A stretch of DNA of 64,000 bases from Eledone cirrhosa. Its lineage: Eukaryota. Location: assembly GCA_964016885.1 (NCBI GenBank), contig OZ024741.1, forward strand, positions 104,098,001-104,162,000. Reading direction: 5' to 3'. This document shows positions 10,611-22,009 of the stretch, piece by piece (position 1 is the first letter of the stretch; every line of letters begins with the position of its first letter). A program made the translations under genes and the position numbers. The notes beneath the pieces are model-generated. The model was not told the origin of the DNA, did not search any database, and worked only from the letters and a program-made list of their open reading frames with translations.

Positions 10611-13600
10611 ATAGTTATTGCAGGCGACCTAAATGGTCACGTTGGACAACATTGTGACGGCTATGACGGAATCCATGGAGGCTATGGGTTCGGTACTAGA
10701 AATGAGGAAGGCTCCAGAATCCTGGAATTCTGCGACGCAAATAACTTAACTATCTGTAACACTAACTTCAAAAAACGAGACAATCACTTGATCACCTATA
10801 GATCGGGGGAACACACAAGCCAGGTAGATTATATCCTTACCAGAAGACGTGACAGTGTCTGTTGTTAACACTAAATCCCACCCCCATGAAGAATTCACCT
10901 CCCAACATAGACTGATAATTAGCGACCTCATAGTCAGGACGAGACGTACTAGACAGCGGAAGAGGACTATCCTCAGGAGAAAAATATGGAAGCTAAAGGA
11001 CCCCATAGCCAGAAATAAATTTCAAAGCAAATTACTTGACGCTTTCGACAGTAAGGAAGAGCAATTAGAGTCGTATAATATAGAGGAACAGTGGGAATTC
11101 CTGAGAGCAAACCTGCTGACGGCGGCAGACGAAGTCTGTGGCTGGAGCAGGCCTGTAGGTAGGAGGAGAGTAACATGGTGGTGGAACAGTAAGGTGGAGG
11201 AGTCAATTAAGGCCAAAAAGCAGGCTTGGAAAGCATGGCGGGATGGGGGAAGTAGAGAAGACTATCAGGTGGCCAGGAGGGAAGCTAGGAGACAAGTGTA
11301 CTTCGCAAGAAGGGAAGCAGAGGAAAGAAAGTTCAAGCATGTTCTACAACGTGAGGACCAAAAACGTGAGGTGTTCAGGATTGCCAGGCAATGTGTCAAG
11401 GAAAACCGTGATATTGTCGGGGAGAAGTGTGTACTTAACGATGATGGCATACTTGCCATCACCGACGCTGATAAGAAGGTAGCTTGGAAGTGTCACTACG
11501 AAAGGCTTCTAAATGAGGAGAACAAATGGGAGAAAGACAGTCTCCCCCAGATCGATCCAATAGAGGGACCAGCAGTGTTAGTTGAAGGTAGTATAATAAG
11601 TAAGGCAATCAAAGATATGAAGACGGGTAAGGCGGCTGGGCCTTCGGAAATAGTTGCTGAGATGCTGAAGGCATCTGGTTCGGTGGGACACACCATGGTC
11701 ACCCGGATAGTTAACCAAGTCGTACAGAATGGGGTTGTTCCGAAGGAATGGCGTAGCAGCATCATCGTTAACTGCTATAAGGGAAAAGGAGATGCCCTAG
11801 ATAGGAGTAACTATAGAGGCATTAAATTAATCGACCAGGTCATGAAGGTCACGGAAAAAGTAATAGCGCAACTAATCAGAGAGAGAATTGATCTAGATGA
11901 AATGCAGTTCGGGTTTGTGTCAGGCAAAAGTACCACAGACGCTCTTTTCATTGTACGACAACTACAGGAGAAGTACCTAGCTAAAAGTAAACCCCTATAC
12001 TTAGCTTTTGTCGACTTGGAGAAAGCCTTCGACAGAGTCCCCCGTTCCATTATCTGGTGGTCTCTTAGAAAACTAGGTGTTGACGAATGGCTTGTGAGAG
12101 CTATACAAGCCATGTATAAAGAAACAGTCAGTAAGGTTAGAATTAACAACGAATATAGTGAAGAGTTTAGCGTAAAAGTTGGTGTCCATCAGGGCTCTGT
12201 ACTTAGCCCCCTACTATTTATTATTGCCCTTCAGGCTATAACAGAGGAGTTCAAGACCGGCTGCCCATGGGAACTCCTATACGCAGATGATCTAACGCTC
12301 ATAGCTGAATCAATGACCGAACTAGAGAAGAAATTCCAAACGTGGAAGCACGGCCTAGAATCAAAAGGCCTTAAAATTAACCTGGCTAAGACTAAAGTTC
12401 TAGTTTGTAGGAAAGAAAATAAGGCGGCGGTCCCATCGGGGAAATGGCCATGCTCAGTGTGTAGGAAAGGCGTAGGTAGAAACTCCATTTTATGTCCCAA
12501 ATGCAAAGTATGGGTGCATAAAAGATGTAGTGGGATCACAGGTAAGCTAACTAAGAACATAGATTTTACATGTGGCCGGTGCTCTGGTGCAATAAGTAGC
12601 AGCAAGTGCCCACAAAATACTAGCTCCTTCAACTGCGCAGAGGGTTCTATAGAAATAGTGGACAGCTTCCGTTATCTGGGTGACAAAATCAGCAGTGGGG
12701 GAGGGTGCTCTGAAAGTACAGTAGCTAGAGTCAGAACTGGATGGAAAAAGTTCAGAGAGCTTATATCACTATTAGCCGCTAGAGGGTTCTCCCTAAAAAT
12801 GAAAGGCAGGTTATACGATGCCTGCATACGAACAGCAATGCTGCATGGCAGTGAGACCTGGGCATTGTGTGCAGAGGATATACGCAGACTAGAGAGGAAC
12901 GAAGCTTGCATGCTCCGCTGGATGTGCAATAGTAATATACGCGAACGGCAAAGCATAAACGAACTAAGGAAAAAATTAGAAATAAGAGGGATCAGATGTT
13001 GTTTAGTCGAGAGAAGGCTACGTTGGTACGGTCACGTGATGCGCATGAAAGACGACAGCTGTATAACAAAGTGCAGGGCAATAAAGATAGACGGTAGCCA
13101 CGGAGTAGGCAGACCCAGAAAAACATGGGACGAGCTGATAAATTCCGACCTCACACGCTTACACCTCTCCAAGACAATGTCACTGGACCGAGACCTTTGG
13201 CGGTACTCAGTAATAGAGAAGACCCGCCTTACCTAAATACAAAGTAAAAACCTACTACAGTCAGTAGGCACCTCTATCAAAACACACCCCCGTCCCACCA
13301 CCTCCACTCCACCCACACCGCCCCTTTCAATGTAAAGTTATGTTGGTCCCACAACATCCAGGCCGAAACAAATGAGATCGTGTAGGTGTCACGACAAAAA
13401 ACACACAGTCCACGCTGTAAATGTGGCCGTGTAGGCAACACGGTAAAAACCTCCCAGCCCCACACTGTAAATGTGGTTGGTGTTAGGAAGGGCATCCAAC
13501 TGTAGAAAACCCGCCAGACAGTCCTATGCGAGCAAGACAACCACTCTTGCCTCAAGTGGGAAAACCCCCGTCCAAACCCATGCAAGCGTGGAACACGGAC

Positions 13601-13626
13601 GCTAAACCTGATGATGATGATGATGA
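10611..13626 (+). mobile_element. RTE-clade LINE, 5'-truncated within the APE domain, (TGA)n tail
   Basis: APE motifs GDLNGHVG..RNEEG..SQVDYIL from 10611, one frameshift near 10855, then the 795-aa ORF, ~380-nt 3' UTR and (TGA)n tail. Confidence 0.95.
10849..13236 (+). CDS. LINE reverse transcriptase ORF with PHD-like Cys/His finger
   Basis: NYRGIKL, QFGF, FVDLEKAFD, GVHQGSVLSP, YADD, then CxxC..CxxC..WVH..C..CxxC and YLG. Confidence 0.9.
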   Translation: MTVSVVNTKSHPHEEFTSQHRLIISDLIVRTRRTRQRKRTILRRKIWKLKDPIARNKFQSKLLDAFDSKEEQLESYNIEEQWEFLRANLLTAADEVCGWSRPVGRRRVTWWWNSKVEESIKAKKQAWKAWRDGGSREDYQVARREARRQVYFARREAEERKFKHVLQREDQKREVFRIARQCVKENRDIVGEKCVLNDDGILAITDADKKVAWKCHYERLLNEENKWEKDSLPQIDPIEGPAVLVEGSIISKAIKDMKTGKAAGPSEIVAEMLKASGSVGHTMVTRIVNQVVQNGVVPKEWRSSIIVNCYKGKGDALDRSNYRGIKLIDQVMKVTEKVIAQLIRERIDLDEMQFGFVSGKSTTDALFIVRQLQEKYLAKSKPLYLAFVDLEKAFDRVPRSIIWWSLRKLGVDEWLVRAIQAMYKETVSKVRINNEYSEEFSVKVGVHQGSVLSPLLFIIALQAITEEFKTGCPWELLYADDLTLIAESMTELEKKFQTWKHGLESKGLKINLAKTKVLVCRKENKAAVPSGKWPCSVCRKGVGRNSILCPKCKVWVHKRCSGITGKLTKNIDFTCGRCSGAISSSKCPQNTSSFNCAEGSIEIVDSFRYLGDKISSGGGCSESTVARVRTGWKKFRELISLLAARGFSLKMKGRLYDACIRTAMLHGSETWALCAEDIRRLERNEACMLRWMCNSNIRERQSINELRKKLEIRGIRCCLVERRLRWYGHVMRMKDDSCITKCRAIKIDGSHGVGRPRKTWDELINSDLTRLHLSKTMSLDRDLWRYSVIEKTRLT

Positions 13627-13628
13627 TA

Positions 13629-15676
13629 TCATCATCATCATCGTTTAACGTCCATGTTCCACGCTTGCATGGGTTTGGACGGGAGTTTTCCCACTTGAGG
13701 CAAGAGTGGTTGTCTTGCTCGCATATGACTGTCTGGCGGGTTTTCTACAGCTGGATGCCCTTCCTAACACCAACCACATTTACAGTGTGTGGCTGGGAGG
13801 TTTTTACCGTGTTGCCTACACGGCCACATTACAGCGTGGACTGCGTCTTTTTTGTCGTGACACCTACACGATCTCATTTGTTTCGGCCTGGATGTTGTGG
13901 CACCAACATAACTTTACATTGAAAGGGGCGGTGTGGATGAGGTGGGGGTGGTGGGACGGGGGTGTATTTTGTTAGAGATGCCTACTGACTGTAGTAGGTT
14001 TTACTTTGTATTGAGGTAAGGCGGGTCTTCTCTATTACTGAGTATCGCCAAAGGTCTCGGTCCAGTGACATTGTCTTGGAGAGGTGTAAGTGTGTGAGGT
14101 CGGAATTTATCAGCTCGTCCCAGGTTTTTCTGGGTCTGCCTACTCCGTGGCTACCATCTATCTTTATTGCCCTGCACTTTGTTATACAGCTATTGTCTTT
14201 CATGCGCATCACGTGACCATACCAACGTAGCCTTCTCTCGAGTAAACAACATCTGATCCCTCTTATTTCTAATGTTTTCCTTAGTAATATACGTGAACGG
14301 CAAAGCATAAACGAACTATTACACATCCAGCGGAGCATGTAAGCTTCGTTCCTCTCTAGTCTGCGTATATCCTCTGCACACAATGCCCAGGTCTCACTGC
14401 CATGCAACATTGCTGTTTGTATGCAGGCATCATACAACCTGCCTTTCATTTTTAGGGAGAACCCTTTAGCGGCTAATAGTGGTATAAGCTCTCTGAACTT
14501 TTTCCATCCAGTTCTGACTCTAGCTACTGTACTTTCAGAGCACCCTCCTCCACTGCTGATTTTGTCACCCAGGTAACGGAAGCTGTCCACTATTTCTATA
14601 GAACCCTCTGCGCAATTGTAAGAGCTAGTATTTTGTGGGCACTTGCTGCTACTTATTGCACCAGAGCACCGGCCACATGTAAAATCTATGTTCTTAGTTA
14701 GCTTACCTGTGATCCCACTACATCTTTTATGCACCCATACTTTGCATTTAGGACATAAAATGGAGTTTCTACCTATGCCTTTCCTACACACTGAGCATGG
14801 CCATTTCCCGGAAGGGACCGCCACCTTATTTTCTTTCCTACAAACTACAACTTTAGTCTTAGCCAGGTTAATTTTAAGGCCTTTTTATTCTAGGCCGTGC
14901 TTCCATGTTTGGAATTTCTTCTCTAGCTCGGTCATTGATTCAGCTATGAGCGTTAGATCATCTGCGTATAGGAGTTCCCATGGGCAGCTGGTCTTGAACT
15001 CCTCTGTTATAGCCTGAAGGGCAATAATAAATAGTAGGGGGCTAAGAACAGAGCCCTGATGGACACCAACTTTTGCGCTAAACTCTTCACTATATTCGTT
15101 GTTAATTCTAACCTTGCTGACTGATTCTTTATACATGGCTTGTATAGCTCTCACAAGCCATTCGTCAACACCTAGTTTTCTAAGAGCCCACCAGATAATG
15201 GAATGGGGGACTCTGTCGAAGGCTTTCTCCAAGTCAACAAAAGCTAAGTATAGGGGTTTACTTTTAGCTAGGTACTTCTCCTGTAGTTGTCGTACAATGA
15301 AAAGAGCGTCTGTGGTACTTTTACCTGACACAAACCCGAACTGCATTTCATCTAGATCAATTCTCTCTCTGATTAGTTGCGCTATTACTTTTTCCGTGAC
15401 CTTCATGACCTGGTCGATTAATTTAATGCCTCTATAGTTACACCTATCTAGGGCATCTCCTTTACCCTTGTAGCAGTTAATGATGATGCTGCTATGCTAG
15501 TCCTTCGGAACAACCCCATTCTGTATGACTTGGTTTACTATCCGGGTGACCATGGTGTGTCCCACCGTTCCAGAGGCTTTCAGCATCTCAGCAACTATTT
15601 CCGAAGGCCCAGCCGCCTTACCCGTCTTCATATCTTTGATTGCCTTACTTATTATACTACCTTCGACTAACACTGC
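13629..15676 (-). mobile_element. Second RTE LINE copy, more truncated, tail-to-tail with the first
   Basis: Near-identical reverse complement of 11572-13626, with stops/frameshift and a 37-bp internal inversion. Confidence 0.95.
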
Positions 15677-15688
15677 ATATATATATAT

Positions 15689-17682
15689 AACAAAGGAAAT
15701 ATGATAAGGAACCAGATGGACCATAACGCACCAAAGTACTCAATACTTAGGGTAGTAGAGTGGGTAATAGGAACAAGTATGACCCCCGACGGCAGAGCTC
15801 AAGCCGTTTCGACGGCTAATTCTGGACTAAATAAGAATTTTTAGCCTGGTAAATAAATAGCCGAACTTCTCAGGGGGTAATCCTTATATGGGAAGATAGT
15901 AATTGTCCAAAGGGATTGGTAAAAAATTTGTTGTAACGACATGATTCTATCATAGCATTTGGTGGGAGGTAGGGGTAGCTGAACTTGCCGGTAGAACAAA
16001 GAAGGAGTGGGGGAAACCCAGTCAAGCGTTGAAAGTGAAATCTATACAGCAGATTCTAAGGATAGTGTATAGAAGGTCGAGAAAAGTGTACTGGAGAAGG
16101 GGAGGAGGGGGGGGTGTTGAAAGAGTAGGTAAATCGAAAGGGAGTAAACAACGAAACCATTATAAAAATAAGGAAATAAATATATAAAAAACAATTTCTG
16201 GTTACTACTTCCCTTCCACAATCACCAAATCGCTCATTGGTATTGCTAAGCTATAGAAAAGTTTAATAGGTGGAGAAAAATACTAAATACGAGATTGTAG
16301 TGAAAGAATATTATAAAGCCGGCTTTACGGGGGGGTCTAACACCACTGCTATAGTTAGTTAGTAATCAGCCAATGCTATCTTACAATGACGGGTTAAAAA
16401 CAAAAATACTAAATTACTACTACAAAAATACTAATACGAAATATTAATTCAGAATACTAATACAGAAATACTAATACAAGAATACTAATACAAAAATACC
16501 ACTAGGAAATTTAGAAATCACAGAAATGGAGCAGCAACCAGAACGCAAACAATTTACTGGGGTCTAACACATCTGCTGTAAATAGCGTAATCAGCCAATT
16601 CTATCTTAAAATTAGGGGGGTGGGGGTACTGAGGCTACAGCAGACCGATGGGCTGCATCGGGGTAGGCGAAAAGGTGAAAAAAAGACAAGGAAGGAGATC
16701 TGGGGTGGAAGGACTAGGAAGAGATGGGGGGAAGAAGGACAAGATAAAAGATTTACGTCTACCTTTGTAAGCAGGAGTAACCCCCTTACAAAATCGGCAA
16801 GTGGGGTGTTTCAGCCCTTGTCTACCTCCCCGGGTCATTATGGGGTTTGAGGGCGAAGTAAGTCCTAAGCAATCTGTGTTTGCATGCAGTTACCAGTTCG
16901 TCTTTCTTGTTTAGGAGTTGGTCCTTTGAAAACAACATTTGTAATGTTTCCTCTGAGCATAAGTTACACGGACGGCGTCCTCCCGTGTAAGAGTTAGCTT
17001 TGGACAGTAAGCTCTAAATGAGATTGTAGGTTATATTATTATCTTTGAGGTCCCAGATGTGGCCCGAAAATGTAGTGGTATGACGCCGGGCCGAATTTCG
17101 GAAAGTATGTCGGTGTAGGTAGAGCCGGGTCTTGAAGTCACAAGCGGTTAATCCTATATAAGCTTTGTTGGAGGTGTCCGTCCTCACGTTGCACTGTAGA
17201 TCACGTTACGTTCTCGCCATTTGTTGTTGAGGGGGCACGTAAATCTGTCAGGGCAGTTACACCTCTTGGTCGGCTCCCCACTGACGTCTAGGTTGTTTCT
17301 TCCATAGGGGTTGAGTTTTTTGTTGTTGGAGGAGACGATGTTTCGTGCGAAGTTAGGTGTGGTGCTGTAGGAGAGCTTGATGGTGTTTTTGTTGATTATG
17401 TTGTGGTAGCGGTGTTGTAGTGAGAAGTGTTTTTCGATGAGCCTAAAGATTTTCCCGATAGGTGTTGTCACCTCAGCATTGTGGGGAGGATTGAACCACG
17501 TTATGTTGCGTGAGCGGTGGTGTCGCCTGCTGGTTCGGCTAATGGAAGCTGGATAATAGGATATTTCCTCCCGGAAGCCACTCCGCTTGAGGGCCTGGTT
17601 GTAATAAGGCGCGTGTTTATCGAATATCTACTCATTAGCGGACAAACGAGATATGCGGAGGGAGATATTTTTAACCAGGTTA
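15689..17682 (-). mobile_element. 5'-truncated Penelope-like element (second family)
   Basis: Minus peptides ..WFNPPHN..TTPIGKIF..IEKHF..HRYHNIINKNTIKLSYSTTPN, CNCPDRFTCPL, YIGLTACDFKTRLY.HRHTFR; (TA)n on both flanks. Confidence 0.85.
15782..15878 (-). ncRNA. Hammerhead-like fold with altered core (CUGAGAAG) in PLE 3' terminus
   Basis: Minus strand: CCCC-CTGAGAAG..CGGCTA..TAGCCGTC-GAAA-CGGC..GCCG-TC-GGGG; GUC site; G8 substituted or N7 deleted. Confidence 0.55.
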
Positions 17683-17698
17683 TTATATATATATATAT

Positions 17699-17845
17699 GG
17701 AGGGACATGGCTTAGTGGTTAGCGCATTGGGCTTGCAATCGAAAGGTTGTGAGTTCAATTCTCAGATCGGGTGATGTGTTGTTTCCTTGAGCAAGACACT
17801 TTATTTCATATTGCTCCAGTTTACTCAGCTGTAGAAATGAGATGA
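17699..17845 (+). mobile_element. tRNA-derived SINE family 2 (further copies ~7940-8125 -, 21475-21620 +, 23590-23705 -, 35100-35220 -, 55060-55165 -)
   Basis: A/B-box-like head tggcttagtggttagcg..gagttcaattct followed by ttgagcaagacacttta..ttgctccagtttactcagctg. Confidence 0.75.
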
Positions 17846-18825
17846 TAGGACGGCGGCGGCGATGATGATGATGATTGCTCAGGTGCACTACAACTCGTCA
17901 AAGGTGCATGTATAGTACATAGAATAATATACATATGTCAGGGAAGTGAATAGTGTATGAGTCATATACACACACTGTAAATGTGGTTGGTGTTAGGAAA
18001 GGCGTCCAGCCGTAGAAAACCTGCCAGTCCTAGACAAGCGAGACCCGGTCACCCGATCAAGTGGGACAATTCCAGTCTAACCCATGCTAGTCTGGAAGAT
18101 GGATGTTAAATGATGATGATATATATTTAATGAAGGGTTAAGAAGGATAAGTTGGAATGGATATATGTGGTTATTAGAAATGATTATAACAAGAATAATA
18201 GGTGTAATAACGAGAATGTAAAGAATATATGATTTGGTTATATATAGTGTACTTCACGTGAATTAATTAAAAAGTACATATAAAACAGTTACCAAGAGTT
18301 GTTAATGTTATTGTTTCTGATGTGAGGCTGTTGTAGTCTGTTGTTGTTGTTGGTGTGAAAGCAGCGAGCGACAGATAATTGTTGTTGTTGGAATTTGGAG
18401 ACCGTGGTAGTAGTTGTTAGACCATGTTAGTAATAGAAAGAGATAATGTATGTATATCTCTGAATGGTCTGTAGTACTGTGAATGGTCTGTAGTAACTGT
18501 GAATCTTCCACATTTGTGTTCTGTAGTAACTGGGTTCCAATCGCTCTGGGTGTATCTGTAGACCACATGGGGTCTGTTGAATAGTGGTGAATCTTTACAT
18601 AGCTTGTTCTGTAGTGGGGTGCTCCAATGTATCTCCTGAGTGGGATGATAGCACAGGCTTTATATACCTGTCGTTTCCTGTCCCCACCTTGAGGAGACAG
18701 CCAAAGCATCAACCTATTAACACAATAAATGATGTGACCTAGAATTTGATCTTTAGGTATCACCCAAAGTTCAAGGCGCAGACAGATTTTGCTACATATA
18801 TATAATATATATATAATTTCACTTA

Positions 18826-19069
18826 GTAATAATAATAAATTTGAAGACTAAAATCCAAAGAGGGCTCGATAAGGATAAATATATATCAAATATATAAGCA
18901 AATATTAGAGCAAATATTTATTAAAATAACAGATTAAAGTTTAAGCAAAGAATCGCTGCTTTCACCCTTAACGGGATCTTCTGAAACTAACAAAGTCCTT
19001 TGGGTGAAGATCCCGTTAAGGGTGAAAGCAGCGATTCTTTGCTTAAACTTTAATCTGTTATTTTAATAA
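18826..19069. mobile_element. Miniature palindromic derivative of the 9113-10607 PLE (HHR arms only)
   Basis: Same leader as 9113-9200, then inverted HHR arms with no ORF; flanked by direct repeat ATATAATTTCACTTA (18811-25, 19070-84). Confidence 0.8.
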
Positions 19070-20440
19070 ATATAATTTCACTTATATATATATAATTTCA
19101 CTTGCTTATGTTTACACTACCGATATGTGTGTACTGTTATGTGTCTATATTTAGGTACGTATGAGTTTATAATGATGTATATGCGTGAATGTGTGTCCGT
19201 ATATGCATATATATATGTCTGTGCAAGTGTGTATATAATTTGAGTGCATTTCTGTTTGTACTTATACATCGAACACACCCTTGTCACATTAGCAACATCG
19301 TTACAATCATCATCATTTTATTTTATGTATTACTACTTCATTCAGTTCCACTACTATTACTGGTATAATCAATAGTATGGTCATCCACTAATGTTATCAT
19401 TGTCATCTCATTAGTGGTGTCTTTATTAATATACATTTATGCATCATCACAGCTGGTTGAATGTATTCCTACTGTACTTTGAGTATTGACTATTATTAAT
19501 TTTTCTTTCATACTTCTCCATTTATATATTAATTTTAATCCCTGACTGTTAATACCCTTTATATTCCCATGTACCATCAGTACGATAACCATTATTATTA
19601 TAACTATTATAATTATCAATGTTTTTCTAATTATTGGAATAATTACTATTGTTGATTACATCTATAGTTTATTACTTGTAATAGTACATTTAATATCACT
19701 GTTATTACATGTAATATATGATATTTTATATGTATATGTATGTATATATATGTGTGTGTGTGTGTATATACATATATTTAATGTTTGATTATAATGTATT
19801 ATTTCTAGCATCACCATCATCGTCTTCATTATTGTAAATGAGGTTAACTTTGCCTTTCATCCTTACGAGGTCGATAAAATAAAGTACCAGTAATGTACTG
19901 GGATAATTGCTGGCCTTGTGCCAAAAGTAGAAACAATTATTGTATATGGTGTTGGTATTGTTGTTGTTGTTGTAACGGGAGTTAATGATTACGGAAGTAG
20001 TAATGGACCACAAGCTGAGATGTAGCAGTAAATCTGTCATCAATTAAGTATTGGAACTTAATCAGCCAATCAGAAGGTTGATACATCTTCTAGTAGAACT
20101 AGTAAAGATATTCATATGTCTGCTGGCATCACAACAGGATGGTTATACATGGCCAGCAGCATATCCCAATGATATTGGGAGGCGGGGTGCTTTTTGTTGT
20201 CACCAGTATTACCACCTTATAGGGTGGACTGGATGCCTTTTTTTCTTGGGTCACCAGCACAACCACCTTACAGTGTGGACTGGGTGCTTTTTTTTTTGTC
20301 ATGGCATTCACATTGTGGGAGATCAGATGTACTTGTCAAACATCATGCTTTATAGCATGGGTTGGGTACCACCAGCACCACCACTACAACCACTCTACAA
20401 CAGCAACAGTTTAAATATTCTCTATTTTTCTTCTCTGCAG

Positions 20441-20601
20441 GATTTTGTAAACAAGAAGCAATCAGAGGATGATTATAGCAGTACATGTGAAGCCCTGGCA
20501 GTTTATTTCCTTATTGAACTGTTAACGATTGTTGATCACCTGCACAGGTGTAATATAATACATGGTGATATCAAACCTGACAATATTATCCTTAAAAAAA
20601 G
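20441..20601 (+). CDS. BUB1: BUB1 exon: catalytic loop
   Basis: ctctgcAG / GTATGG; ..LHRCNIIHGDIKPDNII. Confidence 0.96.
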
Positions 20602-20964
20602 GTATGGTTTTCTCTATATCTGTAGTTGATTAGAGCCAATAGCTAACATCATAATTTTGTCATTTTCTATGTTGATTTGTGTTGGACAGGTTGTCTCAGT
20701 GCCAGATGGAAAGGGTTGAAAGACCACATCTTACTCATAAGTTCCATTTTGGGTATGGTTTCTACAGCTGGAGCCTTTCCTAATGCCAATCACTCTACAG
20801 TGTGTATTGTCTATATTTTTTATCATGGCACCACATTACCACTTTACAGAATGTACTGGGTGTATTTTATAGTACCAGCATTACCATGTATTTGCAGCTG
20901 ACCTTCATGTCTGCAGGCAGTCTCCCAATCTGGAGGCTCGCTGGATGGGAGTTGATATCTCCTC

Positions 20965-21457
20965 AGCCATATACACATATTCCGACCTTACACACTTGTA
21001 CCTCTCTAAGACAATGTCACTGGACCGAGATCTTTGGTGCTACACAGTAATACAGAAGACCCGCCTTGCCTATGTACAAAGCGAAACCTACACCCCAATC
21101 CACTACCTCTACCCTATCCTTCCACTCCCACGAACACTACCCTCTCTCTGTAAAGTTGGTACCACAACATCCAGTCCAAATAAATGGGATAATGAGATCG
21201 AGATCGTGTAGATGTCACAACAAAAAACACAGTCCACGCTGTAATGTGGCCGTGTAGGTAACAGGGTAAAAAGTTCTCAGTTCCACACTGTAAATGTGTT
21301 GGTGTTAGGAAGGGTATCCAGCCATAGAAAATCTGCCAGATAGTCCTATATGAGCGAGACACGGTCACCCGACCAACCTTGCCTCAAGTGGGACAAGTCC
21401 CGTCTAACCCATGCTAGTGTGGAAGATGGACGTTAAACAAAGATGATGATGATGATG
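20965..21457 (+). mobile_element. 3' end fragment of the RTE LINE family
   Basis: SDLTHLYLSKTMSLDRDLW..KTRL, 3' UTR and (GAT)n tail. Confidence 0.85.
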
Positions 21458-21917
21458 GTTACTCACACACTCATGGAGGCACATGGTTTAGTGGTTAGAT
21501 CATTGCCTTGTAATCGAAAGGTTGTTAATTCAATTCTCAGACCGGGTGTTGTGTTGTTTCTTTGAACAAGGCACTTTATTTCACATTGCTCCAGTTTACT
21601 CAGCTGTAGAAATGAGATGATAGGGACTGGGGTCCCTATCATTCCACTGCAAAGTGGTTGTGGAGGTGCCATGGCAAAAAAAGCAGCCAACACTCACTGT
21701 AAATGAGGTTGGTGTTAGGAAGGGCATCCAGCTGTAGAAATCAAGCCAGAATCAGTTCCCGTCCCACCCTTGCAAGCAGGGAAAAACAGACGTAAAAATG
21801 ATGATGATGATGATGATGATGACACATCCATCGATCCATCCATCCACTAATGCGCGTGTTCACACACACACGCATGCACACACGTACATATCTAAAGAAT
21901 AAAAGAATAAATATGTG

Positions 21918-21967
<50 letters not shown>

Positions 21968-22009
21968 TATATACATATGTATGGCTGTTGACTCTTCTGA
22001 ATTCATGCA

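Noticed and set aside
17699-17775. tRNA-like sequence
   Set aside because: No complete cloverleaf; it is the head of a multi-copy SINE.
18655-18722. Minus-strand TTGATG..CTGTCTCC/GGGGACAG..GAAAC hairpin resembling a hammerhead
   Set aside because: Core is broken and no stem I pairing could be formed.
20051-20440. 5' extension of the 192-aa ORF upstream of the kinase catalytic exon
   Set aside because: Intronic repeat-derived sequence; strong acceptor at 20440 defines the real exon.
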